DNA of 64,000 nucleotides from Eukaryota sp. GEM-RC1 (Eukaryota): NCBI GenBank assembly GCA_040285855.1, contig JAUFOQ010000001.1, positions 372,001 to 436,000 of the forward strand, read 5' to 3'. Shown piece by piece: positions 12,390 to 24,320 of this stretch (position 1 is its first letter; each line of letters starts with the position of its first letter). The notes under the pieces were generated by a model. It saw only the letters and a program-made list of their open reading frames with translations, ran no database searches and was not told where the DNA came from. The position numbers and the translations under genes were made by a program.

Positions 12390-13157
12390 TCAATATTCAA
12401 GGTGCTGTTTCAAACCGATATTTGTCAAGTAAGGGGAATGATAAAATTGATTTTCTCTCCATCCTGCATGTCGAAAAGTATCTGCACAATTCAAACGCTT
12501 TAACCGTTCCAAAATTAGATACATAAAAACAATAGAATTGAATGAGCTGAATTCCATTCTCTTTGCAATTACTGTCTTTCGAAATTTAGCAAAAAACCAG
12601 ACTGGTTCAATCAAGGTATGAAAACAGTCCATAGGACCAGTGGCTTCTTTCATAAGTGAATCGCCAAGTGGAAAATGGTGTGTTTTGATATGAGAGCAGA
12701 GATTGGTGTATCCAGCTGTCTTGGACACCCAGTAGTACGTCTCTTCAGGACACTTAACACATTTCCAAGCAACATGCGTATCTCTATACTCAGCTTTTGG
12801 TGGGGTTGGGGCAGGAATAAACGAGCCTAAAGTAGAAATTGGCAACCTTGGCATAGCCTATAGCCTTCATCAAGGTCTTTTTGGACAACTCATGGGTCAA
12901 ATGTAATTGTGCAGCAAAACATTTTCTCCAACATCATTTATCAGTCCTTACTACAATTTTGAATCCATGTTTTTGAGAATTGAAACCGTGGCAATGGTCT
13001 ATTTGGTCTCCAAAAATTTATCTTATTTATCACAATATATCAGAATACTGTTGGAGACAGTCGATAAATATCTCTTTCCGAATTGTCGGGTCGATAAGAT
13101 ATCGATAAGTAGATATATCGTTATCGAACAATAAGATTTTATCGATACACATTCCTG
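12390..13157 (-). mobile_element. hAT element 5' end with BED zinc-finger transposase fragment
   Basis: WKCVKC...GYTNLCSHIKTHH BED finger; terminus CAGGAATGTGTATCGATA (minus strand from 13157) with TCGATA subterminal repeats. Confidence 0.7.
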
Positions 13158-13759
13158 GTCTGAGCGTTCGAAAATGTTTAGGTTTATGAACTAAAGTAGA
13201 AGGTAAAATTATCTGTAGACACGTGTTTCTCATAACATTAGTCTTTCTCTTTTCAAGTCTTTGTATAGACAGAAGTACGTGTTTAATAAAACTACATATA
13301 GGATAGATGTAATATAAGGTAGGCAATAACAGCCTGGCCTGGCGGTACCTCTGAAAGGGCAGTTCTTTTCTGAATTTTCATTGGTGATATAACTTCATTA
13401 TAATCGGTATTTCGCAGGATTTATTAAAACAAGAATGGAACAATACTTTCAATTCGTCACTAATTTCTGGACAATGGATAACACAAGTCTTCAAATGATT
13501 TTATTCCATACATTACTTTAGATGCAGAAAAGAGATCTGTTGTGATATTTGTGATATCGAAGAATGGTTTCAACAACTGTAACAATTTACCACAGTCCAA
13601 CATTGTTAAATATTGATAATTCTAAGCTGATACATGTACAATTATTTAACTGTCATGGAATTAGTTCATTTAGTCAACATTGTTTATAGATGACAGGGAA
13701 ACTAAGAAATATCAAAATATGAGGTGTTTAAATGATATATGCAACTGTTAGAAGAATTT

Positions 13760-13835
13760 ATGGTGCTATAACTTTGCCAGAGACGTTGAAAGTTAATGCC
13801 TCAGTTAAAATAGTGAAAGTAAATCAACTTAGTCA
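13760..13835 (+). pseudogene. LRR gene fragment
   Basis: GAITLPETLKVNASVKIV resembles GAIALADALKVNTSVTSI of the 9.7 kb gene. Confidence 0.45.
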
Positions 13836-14205
13836 GCCCTAATATGTTTTAATACAGTGCTATATAAATCAGGTTTTCTTATTTTAAAGTGCCGAAAATG
13901 GAAAATGATAGTTGATTGTATAAACGGAGAGGAGGCAAGTGATTTTGAATCAGTAGAAGTCATGACAGAATTAGATGAGTTGGAATCTCTTGGAAACACA
14001 CACAACTTTATACTACAATTGGACGTACTTTTGCAGAAGAACCATTGTATTTGGTACTCAAGCAGTAATCTTGTCACATGCATCTGCAATGAATATGCCA
14101 ATAAATAGAATGACTAAGACTAAATACTAATAACTAAATACTGACACTAAAGATACCAAAAAAACATAAAAATTAGGGCTTTGTATAAATACAAATACAA
14201 AGTAC

Positions 14206-14665
14206 CAGCGTTGTGTGCCATAATGCCATTCGGCCATACGACCATACGTGCATGGCATCTTCTGCCATACAGATGGTAAATTTTCTGTGATGTGTCTACA
14301 TTCTTAAGTTACAACTACATTCATACAATTGTAATCCAATCATCCGATATCATTCAATATCAGTTTCTAATACAGTAGCTTAGATCTGGAGCTGATCCAA
14401 TTTGTTTACAGCAAGACAATTGATCATAAAGAATGTAAATTGATGTCGTCTGTCTGAAAAGACTCGAATAATTTATCAAAAGGTATCGTATTTAGATGTT
14501 GAAAAAAAGTGAAGTACAATTTGCTGTTGGGTTAACACATGACTCATTAAAACACTTCAAAAACACTTCAAAAACACGCCAGACACGCCAGACACGCCAT
14601 CAGCCATACGGCCATACGCATTTGGTCCGTATGGCAGTCGAAAATTGCATTCTGGCATAACGCTG
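14206..14665. mobile_element. Non-autonomous hAT element/MITE, 460 bp
   Basis: TIRs cagcgttgtgtgccataatgc / gcattctggcataacgctg; CCATAC subterminal repeats; 8-bp TSD caaagtac/caaaatac (7 of 8). Confidence 0.8.
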
Positions 14666-16333
14666 CAAAATACAAAATACACATATTCTGTTTTTCCCAT
14701 CTAGTGTTATCAGCATACTTTTTAGTTTATCGACCTCTCCTTAAAATTGTAATGTGTATATTTCTCCATCTTGACTGTTTTATTGTATAATTTTGTCTCT
14801 TGTTCCAGTCTGCTTCATGTCCATTACAATTGTCATAATTTGATTCATGAAGTCAATTATTGACTCTTGTACCAAATTGATGGTTTGTATATTTGCTTTT
14901 ATAGTTCTGATATCATCACATGATAATTAATTAGTTTTGTTATTTACATAATTGATAAACGGGTGTTTTTACTAATCCATGTTTTGGTAACCTTTTTGTA
15001 TCAACATCGTTATCGTAGGTTAAACGCAGGTGAAAAAACCGGGTTAGCCATTACCAAGGAAGCAAGAATGATTTGTAACAAAAACTGGAAAACATCACTG
15101 ATTACATACCACGTCACTCTACTCTTTCTTCTGCCGTGTGGAAGCAGGTATCTTGATTTTCTTTGACTTATAGTACTTTAAAAGTTCTTCATTATTACGA
15201 GTGTTTTTTAGTAATGAGAGTGGTTCCCAAGTCTTAACGCCAGATGTAAACTCAACAAGGAACTCATATTGATTATCGATGATGTTATGACCTAGGATTG
15301 GAGCAACGGCATATGCAGAAAGGTATCAAAAATTCTTTGGCAACGGCAGCAGTGGTTTCGCTATAGAGTTGGATTTGAAAAATAAAGAGCAGATGGAGAA
15401 GCAATCAATTCTTGATTAGTGAAATTACTGAAATTTATCAATGCTGCAACAAATCTGTGCAGTTCAAATAGAAGAAGTGGCTACGGCAATTGATATTATG
15501 TTCATAATTGCAGATAACGTCCCTGGGTGTCTGCGAAAATACTCTGCTGACGTCACAAGCGCTAACATCAATTCTTTGCGGAATGACCGTTTTGGTGAAT
15601 GTCAAATTCATGTCTAAGATCTCATTGAATCTCCAAGTTCGTTATACTGTCTGATGCTAAAAAAGGAGTTCATCAGGTGTATTATGTATGGAATTTGGAT
15701 GTGTCGTTCATTGTAAACAGTTACGAGTTTGGTCAATGAATGGCTCCAATTAATTCCTTCTTTTATGTTGATTGTTTGATTATATTATGAACAATAAAAT
15801 AGTTCAAAAGTGATTGATATTCCCACCCACTGATTGTGAGTGATAAAAGTAAAAGAATAATTGTTTTTGAAACAATAACACTTATTTCGTCGTTTAGCCA
15901 CTTATATGCCGGAGTTTTCTCACCATTTTTAGAGGTAAGATAGATTTCTACATTTGCTCTTGACAAGACTTCATCGACTTCATCGACTTAAGTCCATTTT
16001 TGTTGGAACATTTTGACTATAAAATGAGCCCCGCCACACATACGTTGTAACAAGAAAATACAAAAAGCAGTCATTTTTGTGTCTACGGTTCTCTTTACTA
16101 ATTGATGAATGATGTGTTGACGATCTTTGTATCAACCTATTAGAGAACACAATTGAAAATTTCTCCCGTTTCCAGAAGTTTTCAACTAATAAGATGTTGT
16201 TCTGCACTGAATCATGACCATGTCACAAAACTATTGAGGTTTTACCGTTTACATTTATATATTGGCCCAAATATACAATTCAACATTCTAGTATGCTGAT
16301 GTCCAGTTGGGGTAACAGAAATTCAGTAGAGAA

Positions 16334-17115
16334 GTGTTTTCTCTTTGGCTTTGCATGTTCGCTAGTTACAGAAGAAGTTTGTTTTGTTTCACGAAAGCTT
16401 GGACTTTAAAAATCGTATTGGTTTGGCTAAGACTAAGAGTCCCACTTTTTGTGCTTTTTTTGAATGATATTACTTCAAGCTCTGCGTCTTCATTTGTTTC
16501 TCACGAAAATTTTGTTTCAATCCGAAGGATCACGAAATGGCTTATAAACATGAGACTTAGATTATGTTTATGGCCTTCAGGTCTTTGAAGCATTCTCCAT
16601 GTCTTTGTGGTCGTTCAAAGGCTTCCAATTTTCATCATTTAGTTAAATGTCATCAATTTATTCATTTGAGATCAATTATTCACAAAAGTATCCGGGGTAC
16701 GGGGTCGGATATGTTTAAGGCTAATGGTTTTACTCCCGGAAAAATTGCACCTTTACCTGATAATCTTTGTGATCAGCCAAAAGTTCATAGAAGTCGTGGA
16801 GATTTGATTCGTCAAATCCGGTTTTTTTGTCAGGAAATTATCATGGATTTCACAACTGTTGACCCTTATAATTCAAGATCAATTTCCAACCTTTTTGATG
16901 ATGATTTATCTGCTCTTGAAGTGGCTGAAAAAGTAAAAAATACCAAGTACTGTCACTTAAATAACCAATTGAATGTTGACAGGTACAATTCTTTTGTGTT
17001 TCAAGTTGTAACTACTGTAGTGGATAACTTGTTTTCACGTTCAATAAGTGACCATCAATTCCGGATGCAAAGAGTTCCTATTTGTTCTCACCAGCTTGTA
17101 TTCAGCAAAGAATGA
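16334..17115 (+). mobile_element. 3' fragment of an RLE-type (CRE/R2-like) non-LTR retrotransposon ORF, frameshifted
   Basis: MRLRL..., CLCG...HHLVKC zinc knuckle, RSIIH, RGDL...MDFTTVDP, AEKVKNTKY: the layout of a restriction-like endonuclease domain. Confidence 0.7.
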
Positions 17116-17143
17116 TATATTTGAAACTATTTTCATGCAAAAA

Positions 17144-17261
17144 CTTGGAAACAATCAACAACTGAAAACACCGCAACTACCCCTTCAAAAAATACATTAC
17201 GTTCAGAAAACGTTCACACTCAACACCGTGTTCAAACACGCCCGGTGTTTTCCGTACTATG
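17144..17261. mobile_element. Second copy of the right end of the hAT element at 22956-24320
   Basis: cttggaaacaatcaaca...cgttcacactcaacaccgtgttcaaacacgcccggtgtttt..gtactatg is shared with 24207-24320. Confidence 0.8.
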
Positions 17262-17875
17262 GTTTCAACAGTTTTTGTCGTAGACTATGTTCGTTTGATT
17301 AATAAATAATCCATTCACAGTTTGCGATGTCGATACACAGTAATGTTTATTCCTGGACTAGCCTGCACAAGGTTTTTTAAATTTCTTTGGTAAATTGTGT
17401 TCTGAGTACGGTACCGTTTTTAATGAAAATTTTTGGTTGAGCAGGTTAAGGTTTGCGTTGTTTCGTTCAATGCACATATATTTTACTTCAATTTTATGTA
17501 AGTTGTTGGGTGATGGACAGAAGGATCATAGTTTAGATACTTTAGTTAGTGTCTGATAGTTATTTATTTCTTCAAATGTATGAATTTCACTGATCATAAA
17601 CCCCATTATGTTTTTATGCTGATAATATGTACAATTAATGAAACAAGGAATTGTGTATCTACTGCTAACTGTGAGCAAAGTGTAGCCAGATTTTAACAGT
17701 CCATAATTTTAGATCAGATGTCTTGAAGTGAAGGAATGGGCACACTGTAAGTAACCCAAAGATGATTAAAAAGATTAAAAGATTTGATGTGAAAAGCGAA
17801 ACTCAGAAGGAAAATTTACGAATCTGAAGCGAACATTTTAACGAAATTTTATAAGATACACCAAACACTCTCAGC

Positions 17876-18315
17876 TCAATTACTGAGGATGAAGTGATAT
17901 GTCCATGGATTCACTGCCTCGCATTTGCTGAATTTCTGGGCTGGCTTACATGAGAACTTTGGTGCATAAGAGAATGCCACAGTTAACAGTGTTCCTTCAT
18001 CATCATCCATGGTATAGTCGATCCAGCAGGGAACAGCTTCATAAGAACATCCTTTATAACTAGCAAATCCCCTTGCTTGAGGAAATATTACATTATCAGG
18101 ATACTCTGTCCAATGACCTTTAATGAGATGAAAAGATAGACACTACCGCCAGGAGGCAAAACTGCCCTGACCAATCGGATAGGTTTGTCAGACCTGTTGT
18201 CTAACACCATTAAGCATTCTAGAGCATCGGCATATTGCTCTTGTAGAATGAAAAGAAGGAAGAAAATAGAAAAAAGAGCGAGCATATCGAAACGAATGGG
18301 GAAAATGATGTCCAT
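17876..18315 (-). CDS. Small secreted aegerolysin/actinoporin-like beta-sandwich protein; two exons, 18315-18147 and 18117-17876
   Basis: Signal peptide MLALFSIFFLLFILQEQYADA; removing a 29-nt GT-AG intron gives a 137-codon frame (stop included) ...LDNRSDKPIRLVRAVLPPGGHWTEYPDNVIFPQARGFASYKGCSYEAVPCWIDYTMDDDEGTLLTVAFSYAPKF...HFILSN*. Confidence 0.7.
18118..18146 (-). other. 29-nt spliceosomal intron
   Basis: gtagtgtctatcttttcatctcattaaag; its removal restores the reading frame. Confidence 0.75.
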
Positions 18316-18593
18316 GAGTGAAATGGACTGTCGACGACTCTTGGTCTGATACGTGTCATTAGCTTTCCTTTCATCAGACCTTCACTCAACCGTTAAATAC
18401 ATCACCAACACATTTCGTTCATTCCAATGGCGATGTCTGTTTGGTGTTGCTCTTTCAGTGGATTTTGAGTTTGTGTTATCAACTACGACTATATACAATG
18501 ACTTGAAAGTACAATTATGAATGGATCGTACATGTTCTCAATTCAAGAACGAGAAATCCAATTATATATTCACATATATTTTGATAGGAGAAT

Positions 18594-19190
18594 TTAACAA
18601 ATAACAGGTTCAGATTCAAAGCACTGAGGTTTATGGTGAGGAGTGTACTGCACACACGTAACCTCGCCTTTTTTGGATCTAACATGCTCCACTTCACGGA
18701 AAATCATTTGGAATGTTCTTCCAGTGTTCGCTGTAGGAGAATCTGGCATCGCGAACCTAACACACCATGTGTTCTGGTCGTTATAGGTATCAGATGTGTA
18801 ACCAAGTATCATGTCCATTCCAACTGGTAACATTGAGTTAAACCAGTGACAAACAGACTTTTGGGCTGCGTCACGAGCATGAACAGGGATGGGATTGAGT
18901 TTAACAAGGGGCCATAATATTCCCTTGATCTTTGGTGTAAGGATACCTTTAGAGGTTACTACGATTGCACCAATGCCAAGAACAACTGCTACTGATGTTC
19001 CAGTTTTTATGAGGTACTTGGAGCTGCTCATTTTTTCCTTGACAATACAAGGACCAATGTGTTTTTGTAGTTTGTTGTCGGCGTCATTCATTCGTAGAAC
19101 AAGAACATTTACTGGGGAAGAAGCACACTTAATGCGTTTTTCCTGATGTTTCGTCGCTTCTTCTTCCAATCTTCGGAGGGAATCGTTCAA
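18594..19190 (-). pseudogene. Chimeric ORF: LTR-retrotransposon integrase C-terminal (GPY/F-like) piece joined to an unknown coding segment
   Basis: NKLQKHIGPCIVKEKMSSSKYLI resembles KLxxxYxGPxxVxxxxxxxxYxL; the remainder is unrecognised. Confidence 0.35.
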
Positions 19191-19415
19191 GTCGCATCTA
19201 AATAACTAACAACATAAAAAGCGGTGAAAAGATGTGAAAAACTAATTTATATACGATTTGAATGAAATATTTAAATGTTTTCTTCAGTTCTTTATATTGA
19301 AACAACGGTTGTAATCACAAGATATGTTACGCATTCATTCAAATAAGCTGATTGTTTCAGGGAATACTGACACACATTAAATAAATATGATATTGTAATT
19401 CGATGAAATACATAT

Positions 19416-21763
19416 TTATGATGGTGATACTGTATTTCGGAAATACTTACTATGTTTATTTTGTTTACGCGAACTATGACTATTACTACGAGTGGGAGGT
19501 TTCTTTGCCTCAGATCGTGGAAGACGTTGATCCGCGGGGAGCTCGCTTCTACGACAGTCAGGATGATTACAAAGGTTTATCTTGTGGTCCGGGGAGTCGC
19601 AGAAGCTACAGCGGTTATCATCTTTAGGAGGTCTATCAGATGAGTTTGAGCGATGCTTCTTTTTGAAAGGAGGGGCTGCATTGTGAGGGTTCTTTGAAGA
19701 TGATTTAGACTTCAAATTTCCTGGGGCGAAAATTTTGGATGCTGAGCGTTGGATTGCTTTTGGGATGTCGTTCCAGGAATCCTTGTCTCTGTGCATGAGA
19801 ATTTCCACGTTCTTTTGTTCAAGTTGAACATGTGTGGGACCGTTTGTCCATTTCTTGCACCATTGGTAATAGTGTTCGAGGATTATTGAAAAGAAGGAGT
19901 GTAAATCCTTGGAGTCTTTCCATTTGGGCCAGAGTTCTAGGTAGAGGGAGGCGAGACCGATATTAGTCAGAAGAGCTTTGATGATAGTTCTTTCGTCAAG
20001 CATTGTGTAGGAAGGTTCCGAGGGGGATTTATTCAGTGTACTTCGGTTAAGCACTTTATCAAATCGTTTGATGAAGTCGAGCCATCTTTGTTCATAGTCT
20101 TGGATCGACCAGTTCATCTGAACTTCGTTTAGTTTATTTCTTGCGGTCAAGATGTCTTTAAATTGGGTTCTTAAGATGATCTGTCGGAAGAGTTCATCAC
20201 TGGAAGTCGTTGCTGTACCTAGGTAGTTCATCTGTTGTTGAATCGGGTAAGCAACAAGTCGAGAGACCCAACTGGTGTCGGCTTCCTTGGCAGCAATCCT
20301 TCCAATGTCGAAGAAGTATTTGGGATCTCCGAGTGGTGAGGATGCTGGAAGTGTATAGTCCTTCTGGGCGGTACAGAAGCTCATGTAATCAGCAATCCAA
20401 TCAAGGATTACATCCACGTCATCCAGACTGTGAAGTGATTTCGGTTTCATCAACTTGTTCAAGTCACTGGAGGAGTCAGTGGGTAACCGTTCAGCGAATT
20501 TCAGTACTGAGTACGGTGTGATTACGTCAGTGTTGGGACTGTTGGAGCTGGATTGAGTTGGAGTAACCGGTTCAGGTGAGACAGATAGAGCTCCAACTCT
20601 AGTAGCAGTGTGGTCCTCTTCCAGCATGTGGTCATGTGGAAGTTCATTGGGAAGTGGGGTGATCGGTGCGTGGGGCTTTCTTGCAAAAACAAATCCGCCG
20701 GGCACATAAGGAGTGTTGGCTACCAAGGGAGGAACGGTATCCGCGGAGTTGGTATTTACCGTGGGTTTTCTATGGAAGAAGCTGTCCACCGTGTTGTATC
20801 TTTCGAGGTTGTCTACTTCTTTTCGATCGCCTCTACTTGATCTTTAGGAAGCGGATTCCGTAGGAGGTTGTAAGCTTGTTCCACAGTGACGAGGGAGTTT
20901 GGACGAGTTTTATCCATTATGAAGCCCATCAGTCTGTCGTTACAGTCATGGATGTTCGAAACCTCAGGGTCGAGGGGGATATATCCATTAGCTTTGCGTT
21001 GCCAATACCTTTTTAGTGTTCTGGCTGGTTTAAGTAGATACTGGTCTGTCTCTACAAAACCGTAAGACACAGAATTGTTTCTTGATTGTCTTTGAAAGTG
21101 AATCCATTGATCTTTATCGATAGACCCAAACATCTTCACATCGGCATTCCATAGCTCTCTCCAGGGACTCTCAGCGTGTAGAGGTGGAGGTGCTCGTGGA
21201 TCTTTAGACGGCATTACGAAACCTAGCGGTGTAGGGGGTAATTTCGGAATAAAGGGTTCCGGTGTCCTAATAGGAGGTGTAGATCTCTGTACTATTGGGA
21301 TAGGCGGAGGAGTTACCGAAGGTCGAAAGGTCCATCCAACTGGTGGATTTGACTCAGAAGCAGGTGTTCTGTTGGAGGATGGTTCCTCATTTTCATCAAT
21401 ATTGGAGGATGGTTCCTCGTTTTCGTCAATATTGGAGGAAGGTTCCTCGTTTATAGTTGTATTGGGGGATGGATCCTCATTTGGGTTTTCGATAGAGAAT
21501 GGTTTCTCATTCGAAGTTCCATTAGAAGAAGGTTCTTCATCCGAAACAATGTCATAGTCCACAGTGTCATCCCAAGGGAGTCCATCTGGGCCAAGTTCCT
21601 TCACGGCGGAAGACTTGGAAGAAGCCAGGGCGGAACTGGAATCTTCACCTAGAACGGAACTAGGGTTTGGGTTAGTTTGGTTTCCAGGAGTGAAGTTCTC
21701 CGGAGTACACATACATTGTAACTCTTTGCAGAGGCCACAATAATTATTGTTGGTCTTAGTCAT
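19416..21763 (-). mobile_element. Gag-like retroelement ORF of about 780 aa, split by a 1-nt indel at 20820-20823; no pol follows
   Basis: More GC-rich than flanks; IEK|EVDNLERYNTVDSFF joins the two ORFs; Pro-rich N-terminus, helical middle, C-terminal knuckle CSFCDSPDHKINLCNHPDC. Confidence 0.65.
21371..21540 (-). repeat. Coding minisatellite, about 6 x 30 bp (NEEPSSNIDE-type unit)
   Basis: Units start at 21371, 21401, 21431, 21461, 21491 and 21521. Confidence 0.9.
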
Positions 21764-22019
21764 ATGAATAGAGAAAAGTGAATTTATTATACAAATAGGT
21801 CCTAATGAGTCATGACACTAACAATAAGACGTACATAGAAGTCAACTATGTACAAATGTCTCATCCATGATTCTGATCACTATTAATATTCTTAGTTCGA
21901 CACTTATCTCTCTCATGACTGAAAAATCACCAAGGAATTCTTACGTTTCCCACCACTTCCCCAGATAATCATGATGTAATTTGGAAGAAGATCAATTTCA
22001 AAGGTACAAGTTTACATCG

Positions 22020-22503
22020 AAACGATATTAAATCATGTCCGCTTGTATAATGGAAATTGCAGTAAAGAGTATCCTACTTTGGCAGAAATTTCCTGATCAT
22101 TCATGTAATTTCAATTGCCTCTGAAAGGGTTTTTTCCGTTGCTGCCCTTATGAAGTGTAAAAAAAGTTCATCATTTGCGAACGAATCTTTAACTTCGTAA
22201 ATGCTTAAAGGATTGGCTCAATTATGGCTCTGAATTAGTTGATTGTAGTGATGACGAAAAGACGAATCTGCTCATTCTTTAGATTCACAAGACATCAAGG
22301 TGTTCATCCACCTTTGTACTAACACGACAGTAGTTGTGATGAGTTTCATCAATAGAAACAATTACAAAAGATTTGTGAATTCAAGCCAAAAAAATCGACT
22401 TGGCTCGGCTTCAAGTGGACTTGTCACATTGGCTCAAGCCAAAACCAAGCCAGTTTGAAGTTATACAAGCCAAATCATATGGTTCAAGCCGTTGACAGCT
22501 CTA
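22020..22503 (+). mobile_element. hAT 3' end with decayed dimerisation domain and terminus
   Basis: PLV*WK..EYPTLAEI..SIASERVFSVA; CAAGCC subterminal repeats; ends ttgacagctcta. Confidence 0.75.
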
Positions 22504-22955
22504 CCCAGAGATTGATTATTCAGTATGTTCCACTGTTGTTTTACCTTATATTCGTTTCTATGTTCTTAACGTTGAATGTACAGTTGCTAATAAATAGGGA
22601 TGTCAAATAACGCGACGCGTCGTGACGCGTTGTGAAACAATAGGTGGCCATCTTTTAAGTACATATATTTCGGTTATCAATATCCCCTAATTGTTCTACT
22701 GCCATTATCAATCTTAAATAAACTCTTAATTGAAGAAAACAATTTAAAACCTATAGACTATCACCACAACTAAAGCTTCAATCTGTACCACGATTGCAAA
22801 TACAGTTGGCCCTGTATAATGTCACCATTTATACGTGAACGGTTTGATGTAACCACTGTACTTGCTTGTGAATAAATTTGTTCAGCATGAATTGAAGTGG
22901 ACAGAATACAACAGAAATACCGAGCAATTTTTGCTAATCGGAGCAGGGAACAGAG

Positions 22956-24320
22956 CATAGTACACTGAAACACGTGTTCTTCCAGTTACAACACGTTCAG
23001 AACACGTTCACACTCAACAACGTGTTGAACACCGCTACAACACCGCCACCCAACCACACAAACTTTTCCTCCAATTCTCTCTTCAAAAATGTCTGATCGA
23101 ATACATCCATTGTACGTGAATTCGTCTAACACAGCCTTTACCAGGGGTGGGAAAACAATATTGCAATAAATATAAATATTTTTTAGCCACAAAATAAATA
23201 TTGCAATTCTGAAATAGTGCCAATAAATATTGCAATTATTCGACCAATATTGCAACGACATGAATCATATTATGTATTTATTACAAAAAACTCACATATT
23301 CTATTGTTCATCATTATCAGAAATATCCGAAATAGTCTCAATACCATTATCTACATCTTCGAATTTGTATTTTGTACTGCTCATGATATGTCTTAAAGTA
23401 GCTTCATCCCAAAAGTCACTGTTCTCCTCCATCATTATTTGCATTTCAAGACTCCAAGGCTTAAGAGAAAATCTGTGGCAATTGATCACTCTCTTTAACT
23501 TACTGAACAGTCGTTCACATATGTTAGAGGTAGAAGGAATAAAGTTTAAATCAATGTACCTAGACTCTGCTTCTTTGGGCTTCGTCATTAGAAGTAATTA
23601 TGACAATGAAGAATTAGAAGTGTGAAAGAAAGAATTTACATTGTACTTCTAGTTAACAGTCGAACTGAGCTCAAATGACAGACATTATGACAAAACATCA
23701 ACTAGAAATCATTACCGATAAAACACATAAGACAACAAACCAGCTTTTGGAAGTACAAATAGTGATGCAAAACAACGAAATGAACAACTCGAAGTATATT
23801 GACCAATATTGCAATGTTGCAATAATTAACCGGTGTAACAAACAATATTGCTCCACCTCAAAGAGCGGAAATAAATATAGGAGCAATATTGTTTTCCCAC
23901 TCCTGGCCTTTACCATCGTATCACTACTGGCCACGATTATTTCCGATGCACTGTGAGTGTAAAAAAAGACATTTATGTACAAGTCACTCTGTTAGCCTTC
24001 CGTCCAAACCCAGATATCAGTTTAAATGTTCCAATCAATATAAGCACATTTCATCTTGAATAATTGGAGACTGAGATGTAGTTTCCAATAATTGAGAATT
24101 ATAAGTGAAAAGTCTATCAATTCCAACTCCAGATAGTTCCTATTTGTACTCACGAGATTTTATGCAGTACACACTTCGTATAATTTACCCCATTTTTATA
24201 CAATAGCTTGGAAACAATCAACAACGAAAAACATCACACCCTTTCGAAATTTACAACACGTTCAGAACACGTTCACACTCAACACCGTGTTCAAACACGC
24301 CCGGTGTTTTGTGTACTATG
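22956..24320. mobile_element. Non-autonomous hAT element (middle of the nest)
   Basis: TIR catagtacac / gtgtactatg; exact TSD gaacagag at 22948-22955 and 24321-24328; AACAC(G) subterminal repeats. Confidence 0.9.
23142..23905 (-). mobile_element. Internally deleted hAT element (innermost of the nest)
   Basis: 23-bp TIR caggggtgggaaaacaatattgc / gcaatattgttttcccactcctg; exact TSD gcctttac at 23134-23141 and 23906-23913; FIPSTSNICERLFSKLK dimerisation motif in 23301-23588. Confidence 0.92.

Noticed and set aside
14551..14600. Short tandem repeats (aaacacttcaa, agacacgcc) as a CRISPR-like array
   Set aside because: No spacers or cas genes; they lie inside a MITE
15290..15700. Possible importin-beta-like fragment (EEVATAIDIMFIIADNVPGCLRK)
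   Set aside because: Too short and degenerate to support
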